Assembly: GCF_001598795.1 (NCBI RefSeq)
Contig: NZ_BCZP01000004.1
Location: 240,001 to 272,000 of the forward strand
Direction: 5' to 3'
Source of the DNA: Delftia acidovorans NBRC 14950
Lineage (GTDB): Bacteria; Pseudomonadota; Gammaproteobacteria; Burkholderiales; Burkholderiaceae_C
Length of the DNA stretch: 32,000 nt
Positions 8,605-17,295 of the stretch are shown here, in pieces; position 1 is the first letter of the stretch, and each line of letters begins with the position of its first letter. The notes below the pieces were generated by a model. That model saw only the letters and a program-made list of their open reading frames with translations, was not told the origin of the DNA and did not search any database. The position numbers were made by a program, and so were the translations under genes.

Positions 8605-8714
8605 AGGAGGATGCGCCATGGAAAGTTGTGCCCAAAACGGGTGCAGCAGCGGAGCAGCATCCACCACAGGGTTTGGAGTGTCTTAAGTTGTTGATTTTTA
8701 TAAGACAAATTCAG

Positions 8715-8752
8715 TTATCAACAATTAAGCACTTCACTTACTACTACTACTA
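8715..8752 (+). promoter_or_regulatory. Origin module 1: DnaA box TTATCAACA, 14-nt spacer, five trinucleotides TTA-CTA-CTA-CTA-CTA (DnaA-trio-like)
   Basis: Box at 8715-8723 and trinucleotide array at 8738-8752. The bottom strand reads 3'-AAT GAT GAT GAT GAT-5'. ATTAAAAAATAAGAGAGAT follows. Confidence 0.55.
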
Positions 8753-9023
8753 ATTAAAAAATAAGAGAGATAGGAATAACAGCCAAGGGCGGTTTTTCAC
8801 AGCGGCAAGACCGTTCTGGATAAAAAAAGGCAGCCGGTCCGTCAGGAAAAACGGCCTGTCAACAGGTCACAGCACTGCCAGACCATGTGCTCATCCATGT
8901 CCGGCAAGCCTCATTTTTATCTGGATAAACTGAAAAATCCTTATAGATCAATAACTTGAAGTTCAATAAAGGAAAAAATGCACCTCGCACAAAACTGTGG
9001 ATAGATGAAGACCAACTCAACAG

Positions 9024-9032
9024 TTATCCACA
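9024..9032 (+). promoter_or_regulatory. DnaA box, perfect consensus TTATCCACA, paired with the inverted TGTGGATAG at 8996-9004
   Basis: Exact 9-mer. Its inverted partner is 19 bp upstream. Confidence 0.8.
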
Positions 9033-9142
9033 GAAAAAATCGAAACAGGCAAACTATCCCCGTTCGGGAGACACCGGGAACAGGGCTTTGATCACATGTT
9101 TTTCAATCGGGCAAGACATTGTTTTTTTTGAGGAATAGTGAG

Positions 9143-9180
9143 TTATCCACAGAGATGTCATGCCTCTACTACTACGACTA
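9143..9180 (+). promoter_or_regulatory. Origin module 2: perfect DnaA box TTATCCACA, 14-nt spacer, CTA-CTA-CTA-CGA-CTA (DnaA-trio-like)
   Basis: Box at 9143-9151 and array at 9166-9180, followed by TTCTTTATAAGAAGAT. It aligns with module 1 as AGTTATCnACA-N15-TACTACTACnACTA-...-ATAAGA. Confidence 0.55.
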
Positions 9181-10042
9181 TTCTTTATAAGAAGATCAAA
9201 GAACAACCGAAGGCGAAGTCACGCGGGAAGCGAAGGCCGAACGGGTTTTCAAAAAAACAGACGTGCCAGGTTGTCTGGAGCCTGGGCATGTCCAGACGAG
9301 GGACTGCTCCAGCGAAATTGGCGCGCCTGTGTTCAAAAAATTCCGGATCGGTTCGCGCGCCATGGCCGTATGCACGAAGACAAGACTTCTTCGCGGCCTC
9401 GCAGGAACGCTGTGGAACGGGCGCTTTTCCACAACGGGCTGTGCACTGGACGTGGAAGACTTCAGGAAAGCGCGGCCTGCCAGGCGGACGCAAGCGGATG
9501 CGCCAGAGGCAGTGTTCGGTCATTCAAAAAAATTCAACCCCTTGTTGCCGGCCTGCAAGAGCACTGCGCATCCAGATCAGGAGCAGCCGATCCAGTCCAG
9601 GCAAGGGCAATCACGAAAAGTGATGGCTGCTGACGCGCCGGGGCAAGAGGACGTGAATCAGCCCGAGCGCTTCAGCGGCCTGCAGAGGACCGTGGGGGCT
9701 TGGCAGCTGTCAGGCCCTGGGTTGCATGCGCAAGCGCGTCCTGGGCGTTCTGCAGGCCTGTTGGCGAGGTATGTTGGCGGGTATGGCCGGGCCGGGGAGC
9801 AGGCACGGTCTGCGAGATCCAGCGGTATCCCGCGGGATCCGGGGACCGTGCTGCACAGGCATGCAGGGAGATGCGGGAGCCGGGAAATACGGTTGCCCAC
9901 AGGCTGTGTGCAAGTGGCCTGTGGGCAATCGGCAAGCTCGCTGATTGAAAAAATCAGCCGTGATCAATCACTTGCGTATGCAAGGGAATGCAGTGGCGAC
10001 AGGGCGCGGCCTGTTTTTCGCATGCTTTCCACAGGGTCCGGT

Positions 10043-12217
10043 TCAGCGTGCCGGGCGGCGCTGCAAGGCAAAGGGCGGCAGGCCCTTGAGCAGCTGCTGG
10101 CCATAGCTGGTGTTCACCAGGCGCCGGTCATAGCAATACACATGGGCCTGGTCTTCCTCGGTGCGGATGGCGCGGCCCACCCACTGGGCCAGGCGGATCG
10201 CCGTGGCCGGCACCACCAGCTCATTGAAGGGGTTGCGGCCGCTGCTGCGCAGCCATTCGGCCCGGGCCTCGCCCACGGGGTCATCGGGCGGGGCAAAGGG
10301 CAGCTTGGTGATGAACAGGGACTCGCACAGCGCGCCGGGCAGGTCCAGGCCCTCGCCGAAGGACTGCATGCCGAAGATGATGGAGGGCTCGCCCATCTCC
10401 ACGGCATCGCGGTGGCGGGCCAGCAGCAGGGCGCGGGGCATGGCCGTCTGCACCAGCACCTGCGAGCGCATGGCCGTGGACAGCGCATCCACCGCCAGGC
10501 GCATCTGTTCGCGCGAGGTGAACAGCACCAGGGCGCCGGCCTGCACGTGGGACAGGTCGCCCAGCAGCGCGTCCACCATCTCCTGGGTGAAGCGGGCGGC
10601 CTCCTTGGGGTCGGCCACGGTTTCGCGCGCCACCAGGGTGCCCTGGCGCGCGTAGTCGAAGGGGCTAGGCACTTCCAGCGTGGTCACGGCCGCATCGTCG
10701 TGCAGGCCTGCTTCGCGCAAAAAGAAGTCGAATTGTCCACAGCTGGTCAGGGTGGCCGACGTGAGCACGGCACCGCGCACCTGGGACCACAGATGGTGGC
10801 GCAGCGTGGCTCCGGGCAGGATGGGGCTGGCATGGGCCTTGACCACGATGTACTCGCCATCTGTCTCCAACGTGAACCATTTGGCATTGGGAACGCGGCT
10901 ACTGTCGTCATCCTGCGCTGGTTGCTGCATCAGCAGCTGGGCCGTGTCATAGACGGATTCCAGGCGGGGTGCCAGTGCGCCAACCTGTGCATAAGCTGTA
11001 GACAGCCTGCGTGCTTCCTCTGGATTGTCCTTGATGGCGGCGCGCAGTGCCTTGGAGATGGCACGCAGCGCGTCCAGAAAGCTGTTGGCATGGTGGGCGG
11101 CCTTGCCCAGAGGCTCCAGCAAGGGCTCGGGCAGCATGCCGCGCGGTGCACGCACCCGCGCCGGCCCCCAGCTGTCCTTTTGCGACTTGAGCGTGTCGCC
11201 GTACAGCTCCATCACCAGGCGCGCCAGTTCCAGCAACTGCTGGCGCAGCTGGCTGGCATGGGCTGGAAGGTCTGCCAGCTCTTCGACCTCGACCATAGTG
11301 TTCACGCGCAGGGCGCGGCTGGTCAGCTTGTCTATCCAGCCCAGGCGGCTCAGGTCCATCTCGCCAGCGAATTGGCCCAGCGCCGTGGCGGGCAAATGGT
11401 GGGCTTCGTCCAGCACCAGCAGGCAGTTGTCCAGCTCGGGCAGCAGCCGCGCGCCCAGGGAGGACAGCAGCAGATCGTGGTTGGCCACGATGACCTGGGC
11501 GGCCACCAGGTCCTTGCGGCGCTCGTAGTAGACGCAGTTGCTGAAGGCCGGACAGTGCTTGCCGGTGCAGGACGAGGATTCGGCCGCCACGGGGCTCCAG
11601 GCCTCGGCCTCGGGCGGGGTCTCCAGAGAGTCGCGGTCGCCGTCCCAGGCCTGGGACGCCAGCGCGTTGGCCATGCTTTTGTAGAACTGCATGCGCGCCT
11701 CTAGCTCCTGGGCCGGGCGTGCCACGCGGCTTTGGGCCTGCGCCTTTTCTTCGGCGAACAGATCGTCCAGATCCTCGTCCTGGGCCTCGCCGGTGCTGGC
11801 CAGCCGCTCCAGCTTGAGCTTGCAGACAAAGCGGCCCCGCCCCTTGGCCAGCGCGAATTTGAAGGGCTGCTCCAGTTGCTGGGCCAGCGCGGGCAGATCC
11901 TTGTTCACCAGCTGTTCCTGCAGGGCGACGGTGGCCGTGGAAATCAGCACCCGAGTGCCGCGCGCCAGCGCCATCGAAATGGCGGGAATGCTGTACGCCA
12001 GCGATTTGCCCACCCCCGTTCCGGCCTGCACCACGGCAATGGACCGGGTGGGCTCCGGTGCGCCCTCATCGATTTTTCCCAGCTGGGCCTGGCTGAAGGT
12101 CTGCGCGATCTGGGCCGCCATTTTTCGCTGCCCCTCACGATTTCGGAACCCTGGGATGGCCCCGACCACGTCATCAAAGGATTTCAGGGCCTGATCAGCC
12201 CATTTTTTTTCATGCAT
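10043..12217 (-). CDS. dinG: ATP-dependent DNA helicase DinG (XPD/Rad3-like, Fe-S cluster)
   Basis: 724 aa with Walker A AGTGVGKS, DEAH box (VLDEAHHL) and a Cys cluster (FVCKLK...SSSCTGKHCPAFSNCVYY) typical of DinG-family helicases. Confidence 0.85.
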   Translation of the reverse strand: MHEKKWADQALKSFDDVVGAIPGFRNREGQRKMAAQIAQTFSQAQLGKIDEGAPEPTRSIAVVQAGTGVGKSLAYSIPAISMALARGTRVLISTATVALQEQLVNKDLPALAQQLEQPFKFALAKGRGRFVCKLKLERLASTGEAQDEDLDDLFAEEKAQAQSRVARPAQELEARMQFYKSMANALASQAWDGDRDSLETPPEAEAWSPVAAESSSCTGKHCPAFSNCVYYERRKDLVAAQVIVANHDLLLSSLGARLLPELDNCLLVLDEAHHLPATALGQFAGEMDLSRLGWIDKLTSRALRVNTMVEVEELADLPAHASQLRQQLLELARLVMELYGDTLKSQKDSWGPARVRAPRGMLPEPLLEPLGKAAHHANSFLDALRAISKALRAAIKDNPEEARRLSTAYAQVGALAPRLESVYDTAQLLMQQPAQDDDSSRVPNAKWFTLETDGEYIVVKAHASPILPGATLRHHLWSQVRGAVLTSATLTSCGQFDFFLREAGLHDDAAVTTLEVPSPFDYARQGTLVARETVADPKEAARFTQEMVDALLGDLSHVQAGALVLFTSREQMRLAVDALSTAMRSQVLVQTAMPRALLLARHRDAVEMGEPSIIFGMQSFGEGLDLPGALCESLFITKLPFAPPDDPVGEARAEWLRSSGRNPFNELVVPATAIRLAQWVGRAIRTEEDQAHVYCYDRRLVNTSYGQQLLKGLPPFALQRRPAR

Positions 12218-13020
12218 TTCGGCGTGTTTTGACCAAATGGATCATCTTGGTCCATCTGTTTATAAAGATTCGTACAGTGATATGTATTAAATAAGATGCG
12301 AAATCTTATGAAATACAGCGCACAAAGCGCGTTTTTCGTATGCCGTACAGCCTACAAGCTGCCCGTCATATGGATCACTGAACCCGCCAATCGCATGTAT
12401 GCACAGGTGGGTATCGGTCACCGGGATGGACATCTGTCCACCGGCTGTTCCTGGATTGTTCCCATGGCCGTTGATGGCCATGCGCGTGGCCACATCCACA
12501 GTCTTGCCCACAGCAGCCAGGGCGTTCGGCCTGTGATCAATCCTGTGTGCATGTTGTTGGCATGCTTGTGGATTGATTGGGTGATTGTCGCCATTCACCG
12601 TTGATTTGCAACGGATTTTTCATGGGTTCAGGTTCCCCGCGATTTCCAGAAGATGGTGGAAGTTGTCACCACTGTGGAAAACAGGGCCTGTGCAGATCTT
12701 TGGCTTTGCAGAGCACGCTTTTCCCCGGGATATCCACAGATCTGCGGCCGCTGCAGCTGCTGCGGCTGGGGCCTTGGTGCACCGCCAGGCGGCAGGTCCG
12801 CGGCGGCGCAGCGGATCGCGCTGGTTCTCGAAAAAGCGCAGGCGATCCCTGCCAGGGATCGGCCCCGGGCGCCGGCCCAGGTACGCGAATGTCTTACCAA
12901 ACGGTAATGAAGGCTTCACGCACGCAGGAAGATGCGTTTTCTAGCATCTGTTTCATCTCAGGAGACAAGGGTCGGCTCGCTGCAGTCCCTGCGCTCCAGG
13001 CATGGATTGAAGGGGCAAGA

Positions 13021-14169
13021 ATGATCAAGACATTTGCGGGCCTGCCCAAGGCAGCCCGGTTTCCGGCGGCATCGGCATGCGCTGTCATCGCCGTGGCCTG
13101 CCTTGTGGCGGGCTGCGATGCATCCAAGGCATCGGCACAGAACGAACCTGCCGTGCAGGCGCCCGCGCCGGCCGGCGTGGTGCGGGTCAAGCCCGAGTCG
13201 CTGAAGATGCTGGACATCGCCGTGGTGGCCGATCCGCAGGGCACGCAAATGGCCTGGGCGCCCGCGCGCGTGGCCTTTGCCGAGGACCGCGTGGCCACCG
13301 TCTCGGTGCCGCTGGCCGCGCGCGTGGTGTCGGTTCGTGCCCACGTGGGTGACATCGTCAAGGCCGGCGACGAGCTGGCCACCCTGGTCAGCCCCGAGGC
13401 GCTGCGCGTGCGCTACGAGGTGGAAGCTGCCCGCAGCGCGCATGACGTGGCAACCGTGGAAGTGCGGCGCCAGCAGACCATGGTGGACAAGGGCGTGGGC
13501 GTGGAAGTGGATCTGCGTGCGGCCCAGGCCAAGCTGCGCGAGTCGGCCCAGGAGCTGGCGCGTGCCCAGGGCACGTCGGCGCTGCTGGGGCAAGGCGGCG
13601 GCGACCGGCTGGTGCTGCGTGCGCCGCGCGCCGGCGTGGTGGCCGAGCGCAAGGCCGTGGTCGGCGCCTCGGTCGAGCCCAGCGGCGAGCTGTTCCTGAT
13701 CGGCGATCCCGCCGCCATGAACGTGGTGGCCGATGTCTTTGAAAGCGATCTGCCCGGCATCCGCCTGGGCAGTGCCGTGCAGGTCGATGTGCCGCAGCTG
13801 CCCAAGCCCCTGACCGGCACGGTGCGCCACCTGGGCGCCACGCTGGACAAGGAGTCGCGCCGCGCCTCCGTCATCGTGCAGCTCGATGCGCAAAACCCCG
13901 TGCTGCGTTCCGGCATGCAGGCGCGCGTGGGCCTGCAGGTCTCCAACGAGCACGAGATGCTGATCCCCGTGACGGCCGTGCTTATCAAGGATGAAAGCCG
14001 CAGCATCGTCTTCGTACAGACCGGCGAGCAGCAGTTCGAGGCCCGCACCGTGGTGCTGGGCCGGCCCTCGCGCGGCATGGTGCCCGTGGTGTCGGGCCTG
14101 AAGTCGGGTGAAAAGATCGTCGTGCGCGGTGGCCTGCTGCTCGATGGCGCAGCCAGCCAGCTGCTCTGA
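13021..14169 (+). CDS. Efflux RND periplasmic adaptor subunit (HlyD/CzcB-like membrane fusion lipoprotein)
   Basis: ATG 13021 gives MIKTFAGLPKAARFPAASACAVIAVACLVAGC, a lipobox (LVAGC). Coiled-coil and beta-barrel MFP features follow. The upstream part of the track ORF (12577-13020) is non-coding-like. Confidence 0.85.
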   Translation: MIKTFAGLPKAARFPAASACAVIAVACLVAGCDASKASAQNEPAVQAPAPAGVVRVKPESLKMLDIAVVADPQGTQMAWAPARVAFAEDRVATVSVPLAARVVSVRAHVGDIVKAGDELATLVSPEALRVRYEVEAARSAHDVATVEVRRQQTMVDKGVGVEVDLRAAQAKLRESAQELARAQGTSALLGQGGGDRLVLRAPRAGVVAERKAVVGASVEPSGELFLIGDPAAMNVVADVFESDLPGIRLGSAVQVDVPQLPKPLTGTVRHLGATLDKESRRASVIVQLDAQNPVLRSGMQARVGLQVSNEHEMLIPVTAVLIKDESRSIVFVQTGEQQFEARTVVLGRPSRGMVPVVSGLKSGEKIVVRGGLLLDGAASQLL

Positions 14170-14190
14170 TCGCGGCCAGGAGACTCATCA

Positions 14191-17100
14191 ATGCTGCGTT
14201 CCCTGATAGCGTTTGTGGTGCACCGGCGGCTCGTCGCCCTGTGTGCCACCCTGATCATCGCCATCTATGGCGTGTATTCATACCTGCACACGGCCATCGA
14301 GGCCTATCCCGATGTGACCAATGTGCAGGTCGGCGTGATTGCCCAGGCGCCGGGCCTGGCCCCCGAGGAGGTGGAGCGCCAGATCACCCAGCCGCTGGAG
14401 CGCGAGCTCAACGGCACGCCGGGCCTGGTGTCGCTGCGCTCGGAGAGCTACTTCGGCCTGGCTATGATCAACCTCGTCTTCAATGACGATGCCGACAGCT
14501 TCCATGCGCGCGCCGAGGTGTCGCAGCGCCTGCCCCAGGCCAATCTGCCCGACGGCGTCACGCCCGAGATGGCGCCCGACTACACGCCGCTGGGCAAGAT
14601 CTTCTACTACCGCCTGAAGAGTGACCGCCACACGCTGGCACAGCTGCGCACCGAGCAGGAATGGCGCGTGGTGCGTACCCTCAAGCAGGTGCAGGGCGTG
14701 GCCGACGTGGTCAGCATCGGCGGCTTCGTCAAGGAGTACCACGTCGAGGTGGATCCCGAGAAGCTGTATGCGCTGGGCCTGTCGCTGGAAGACGTGAGCG
14801 ATGCCCTGTCCAAGTCCAACCGCAACGTGGGCGGCGGCCTGATGCGCCGCGGCGAGCAGTCGCTGATCATCCGCGGCATCGGCCTGCTGCGCACGCCGCA
14901 GGAGATCCAGGGCGTGGTCGTGGCCATGCGCGGCAGCGCGCCCGTGACCATTGGCGACGTGGCGCGCGTGGTGCAGTCGCACACGCCGCGCCAGGGCTCG
15001 GTGGGCATGGACGATGCCGACGACGTGGTCCAGGGCATCGTGCTGCTCAAGCGCGGCGAGAACCCCTCGGTGGTGCTGGACCAGATCCATGCCAAGGTGG
15101 CCGCGCTCAATGACGGCGGCCTGCCCGAGGGCATGCACATGGAGACCAACTACGACCGCTCCGATCTGGTCGGCCACACGCTGGGCACGGTGCAGCACAA
15201 CCTGCTGTTCGGCGCCACGCTGATCGTGGGCGTGCTGTGGCTGTTCCTGCGCAGCCTGCGCGGCTCGCTGATCGTGGCCACGGTGATCCCGCTGTCGCTG
15301 CTGGTGGCCTTCATCGGCCTGCACCTGCTGGGCATGCCGGCCAACCTGATCTCCATGGGCGCCATCGACTTCGGCATCATGGTGGACGGCGCCGTGGTGC
15401 TGGCCGAGAACATCATCCGCAACGCCCGCCTGCGCAAGCCGCAGACGCAGGCGGACATGCGCCACATCATCATCGACTCGGCCGTGGCCGTGGCCAAGCC
15501 CACGCTGTTCGCCATGGCCATCGTGATCGCGGCGCTGATCCCCGTGTTCTCGCTGGAAAGCATCGAGGGCCGCATCTTCCGTCCGCTGGCCATGACCTAC
15601 AGCTTCGCGCTGCTGGGCGCCCTGGTCTTCGCCATGGGCCTGGTGCCGGCGCTGTGCGCGCTGTTCCTCAAGCCCCAGCACGTGATGGTGGAAGAGCCCA
15701 AGATCTTCGACCGCGCGCACCACGGCTACCAGCACTGGATCGGCACCCTGCTGGGCGCCGGGCGCCGCCGCGTCATCGTCATCGTCGGCTCGCTCGCCAT
15801 CCTGGTGGCGGCCGGCCTGTCGGCGGCCTGGCTGGGCACGGAATTCCTGCCCGAGCTCGATGAAGGCGATGCCTATGTGCTGGTGCAGATGCCCGCATCG
15901 ATCTCGCTTGAGAAGGGCCAGGAAGTGCTGCGCGACGTGCGCCTGCGCCTGAAGACCTTTCCCGAGGTGATCACCGTCACCACCGAGCAGGGCCGGCCCG
16001 AATCGGGCACCGACAACGAGACGCTGAACCTGGCCAAGGTGCTGGTGCGCCTGAAGGGCCACGGCGAATGGCGCAAGGGCCTGACCAAGCCCCAGCTCAT
16101 CGAGCAGATGCGCGCCACGCTGGGCGAGATTCCGGGCGTGTCGTTCAACTTCGCTCAGCCCATCCGCGACAGCGTGGAGGAATCGACGTCCGGCGCGCGC
16201 GGCCAGGTGGTGCTCAAGGTCTTCGGCCCCGACATTCCGCAGCTGCGCGCCATCCTGCAGCAGACCGTGGACTTGGTGAAGGACATCGACGGCGTGGTCG
16301 ATCTGGGCCTGTACCGCGATGCGCCTGCACCCCAGGTCCACGTGGAGTTCGACCGCCAGTCGCTGGCGCGCCAGGGCATTGCCATGGAGACCGCGCAAAA
16401 GACGCTGGAGGCGGCGCTGGCCGGCAACATCTCCACCACGCTGTGGGAGGGCGAGTACCCCGTGCCCGTGCGCGTGCGCCTGCCCTATGTGGACCGCATG
16501 GATGAGGAGCGCATCCGCAACATCGCCATCCCCCTGCCCAACGGCGGCTCGGTGCCGCTGCATTCGGTGGGCCAGGTCGCCATCAAGATCGGCAACTCCT
16601 CCATCTTCCGCGAAGGCAATGCGCGCTACATGGCGCTCAAGTTCAACGTGGAAGGCCGCGACATCGGCTCCGTGGTCAAGGACACGCTGGCCACGTTCAA
16701 GAAGAACGTGAAGATCCCCGAGGGCTACCAGGCCGTCTGGGGCGGCGAGTGGGAGAACCAGCAGCGCGCGGCCGCACGCCTGAAGATCGTGGTGCCGCTG
16801 TCGCTGATCATCGTCTACGCCCTGCTGTTCGGCGCGCTGGGCCAGGCGCGCAGCGCCGGCATCATCTTGCTGTGCGCGCCCTTCACCATGGTGGGCGGCA
16901 TCGCGGCCCTGCACTTTGCGGGCATCGAGCTGTCCATCAGCGCGGCCATCGGCTTCATCGCGCTGCTGGGGCAGGTGGCGCTGGCCGGCCTGCTGGTGAT
17001 CTCGGCCGTGGAGGAATTGCGACGGCAGGGCATGCCCATGATGCAGGCCCTGGTAGAGGGCGCTGCAGAACGCATGCGCTCCATCGTGCTCGTGGCGCTG

Positions 17101-17295
17101 CTGGCGCTGCTGGGCCTGCTGCCCATGGCGCTGTCCACGGGCGTGGGCAGCGAGACGCAAAAGCCCTTCGCCTCCGTGATCGTGGGCGGCATGGTGGTGC
17201 TGCCCCTGGTGGCCCTGGTGCTGCTGCCCGTGCTCTATGCGCTGCTGGGCCCCAAGAACATGTTGACGCAGGAAGAACTCGATGAAAAAGAGTAA
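14191..17295 (+). CDS. czcA: Heavy-metal efflux RND permease (CzcA/CusA family)
   Basis: 1034 aa. The N-terminus (AYPDVTNVQV) and the TM4 motif GAIDFGIMVDGAVVLAEN follow the HME divalent-cation DFG-DGA pattern. An AGGAGA Shine-Dalgarno precedes ATG 14191. Confidence 0.9.
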   Translation: MLRSLIAFVVHRRLVALCATLIIAIYGVYSYLHTAIEAYPDVTNVQVGVIAQAPGLAPEEVERQITQPLERELNGTPGLVSLRSESYFGLAMINLVFNDDADSFHARAEVSQRLPQANLPDGVTPEMAPDYTPLGKIFYYRLKSDRHTLAQLRTEQEWRVVRTLKQVQGVADVVSIGGFVKEYHVEVDPEKLYALGLSLEDVSDALSKSNRNVGGGLMRRGEQSLIIRGIGLLRTPQEIQGVVVAMRGSAPVTIGDVARVVQSHTPRQGSVGMDDADDVVQGIVLLKRGENPSVVLDQIHAKVAALNDGGLPEGMHMETNYDRSDLVGHTLGTVQHNLLFGATLIVGVLWLFLRSLRGSLIVATVIPLSLLVAFIGLHLLGMPANLISMGAIDFGIMVDGAVVLAENIIRNARLRKPQTQADMRHIIIDSAVAVAKPTLFAMAIVIAALIPVFSLESIEGRIFRPLAMTYSFALLGALVFAMGLVPALCALFLKPQHVMVEEPKIFDRAHHGYQHWIGTLLGAGRRRVIVIVGSLAILVAAGLSAAWLGTEFLPELDEGDAYVLVQMPASISLEKGQEVLRDVRLRLKTFPEVITVTTEQGRPESGTDNETLNLAKVLVRLKGHGEWRKGLTKPQLIEQMRATLGEIPGVSFNFAQPIRDSVEESTSGARGQVVLKVFGPDIPQLRAILQQTVDLVKDIDGVVDLGLYRDAPAPQVHVEFDRQSLARQGIAMETAQKTLEAALAGNISTTLWEGEYPVPVRVRLPYVDRMDEERIRNIAIPLPNGGSVPLHSVGQVAIKIGNSSIFREGNARYMALKFNVEGRDIGSVVKDTLATFKKNVKIPEGYQAVWGGEWENQQRAAARLKIVVPLSLIIVYALLFGALGQARSAGIILLCAPFTMVGGIAALHFAGIELSISAAIGFIALLGQVALAGLLVISAVEELRRQGMPMMQALVEGAAERMRSIVLVALLALLGLLPMALSTGVGSETQKPFASVIVGGMVVLPLVALVLLPVLYALLGPKNMLTQEELDEKE

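Larger units (their letters stand above)
8545..9200. other. Candidate chromosomal replication origin (oriC): DnaA-box cluster with AT-rich unwinding modules
   Basis: Three perfect TTATCCACA boxes (8596, 9024, 9143). One-mismatch boxes at 8556 (TGTGGAAAA), 8715 (TTATCAACA), 8815 and 8920 (TCTGGATAA) and 8996 (TGTGGATAG). AT-rich islands: I count 25 G+C in the 100 nt 8681-8780. No ORF here has credible coding character. Confidence 0.7.

Noticed and set aside
8956-9633. ORFs inside the AT-rich / origin region (8956-9138, 9138-9623, 9160-9633).
   Set aside because: They have no Shine-Dalgarno sequence, Arg/Lys/Ser-rich nonsense-like translations and no third-position GC bias. They overlap one another and the DnaA-box cluster.
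12218-12290. A LexA (SOS) box upstream of dinG, as in E. coli.
   Set aside because: The only CTGT...ACAG pair (CTGTACGAATCTTTATAAACAG) has a 14-nt spacer instead of the canonical 8 nt, so it is not a credible LexA site.
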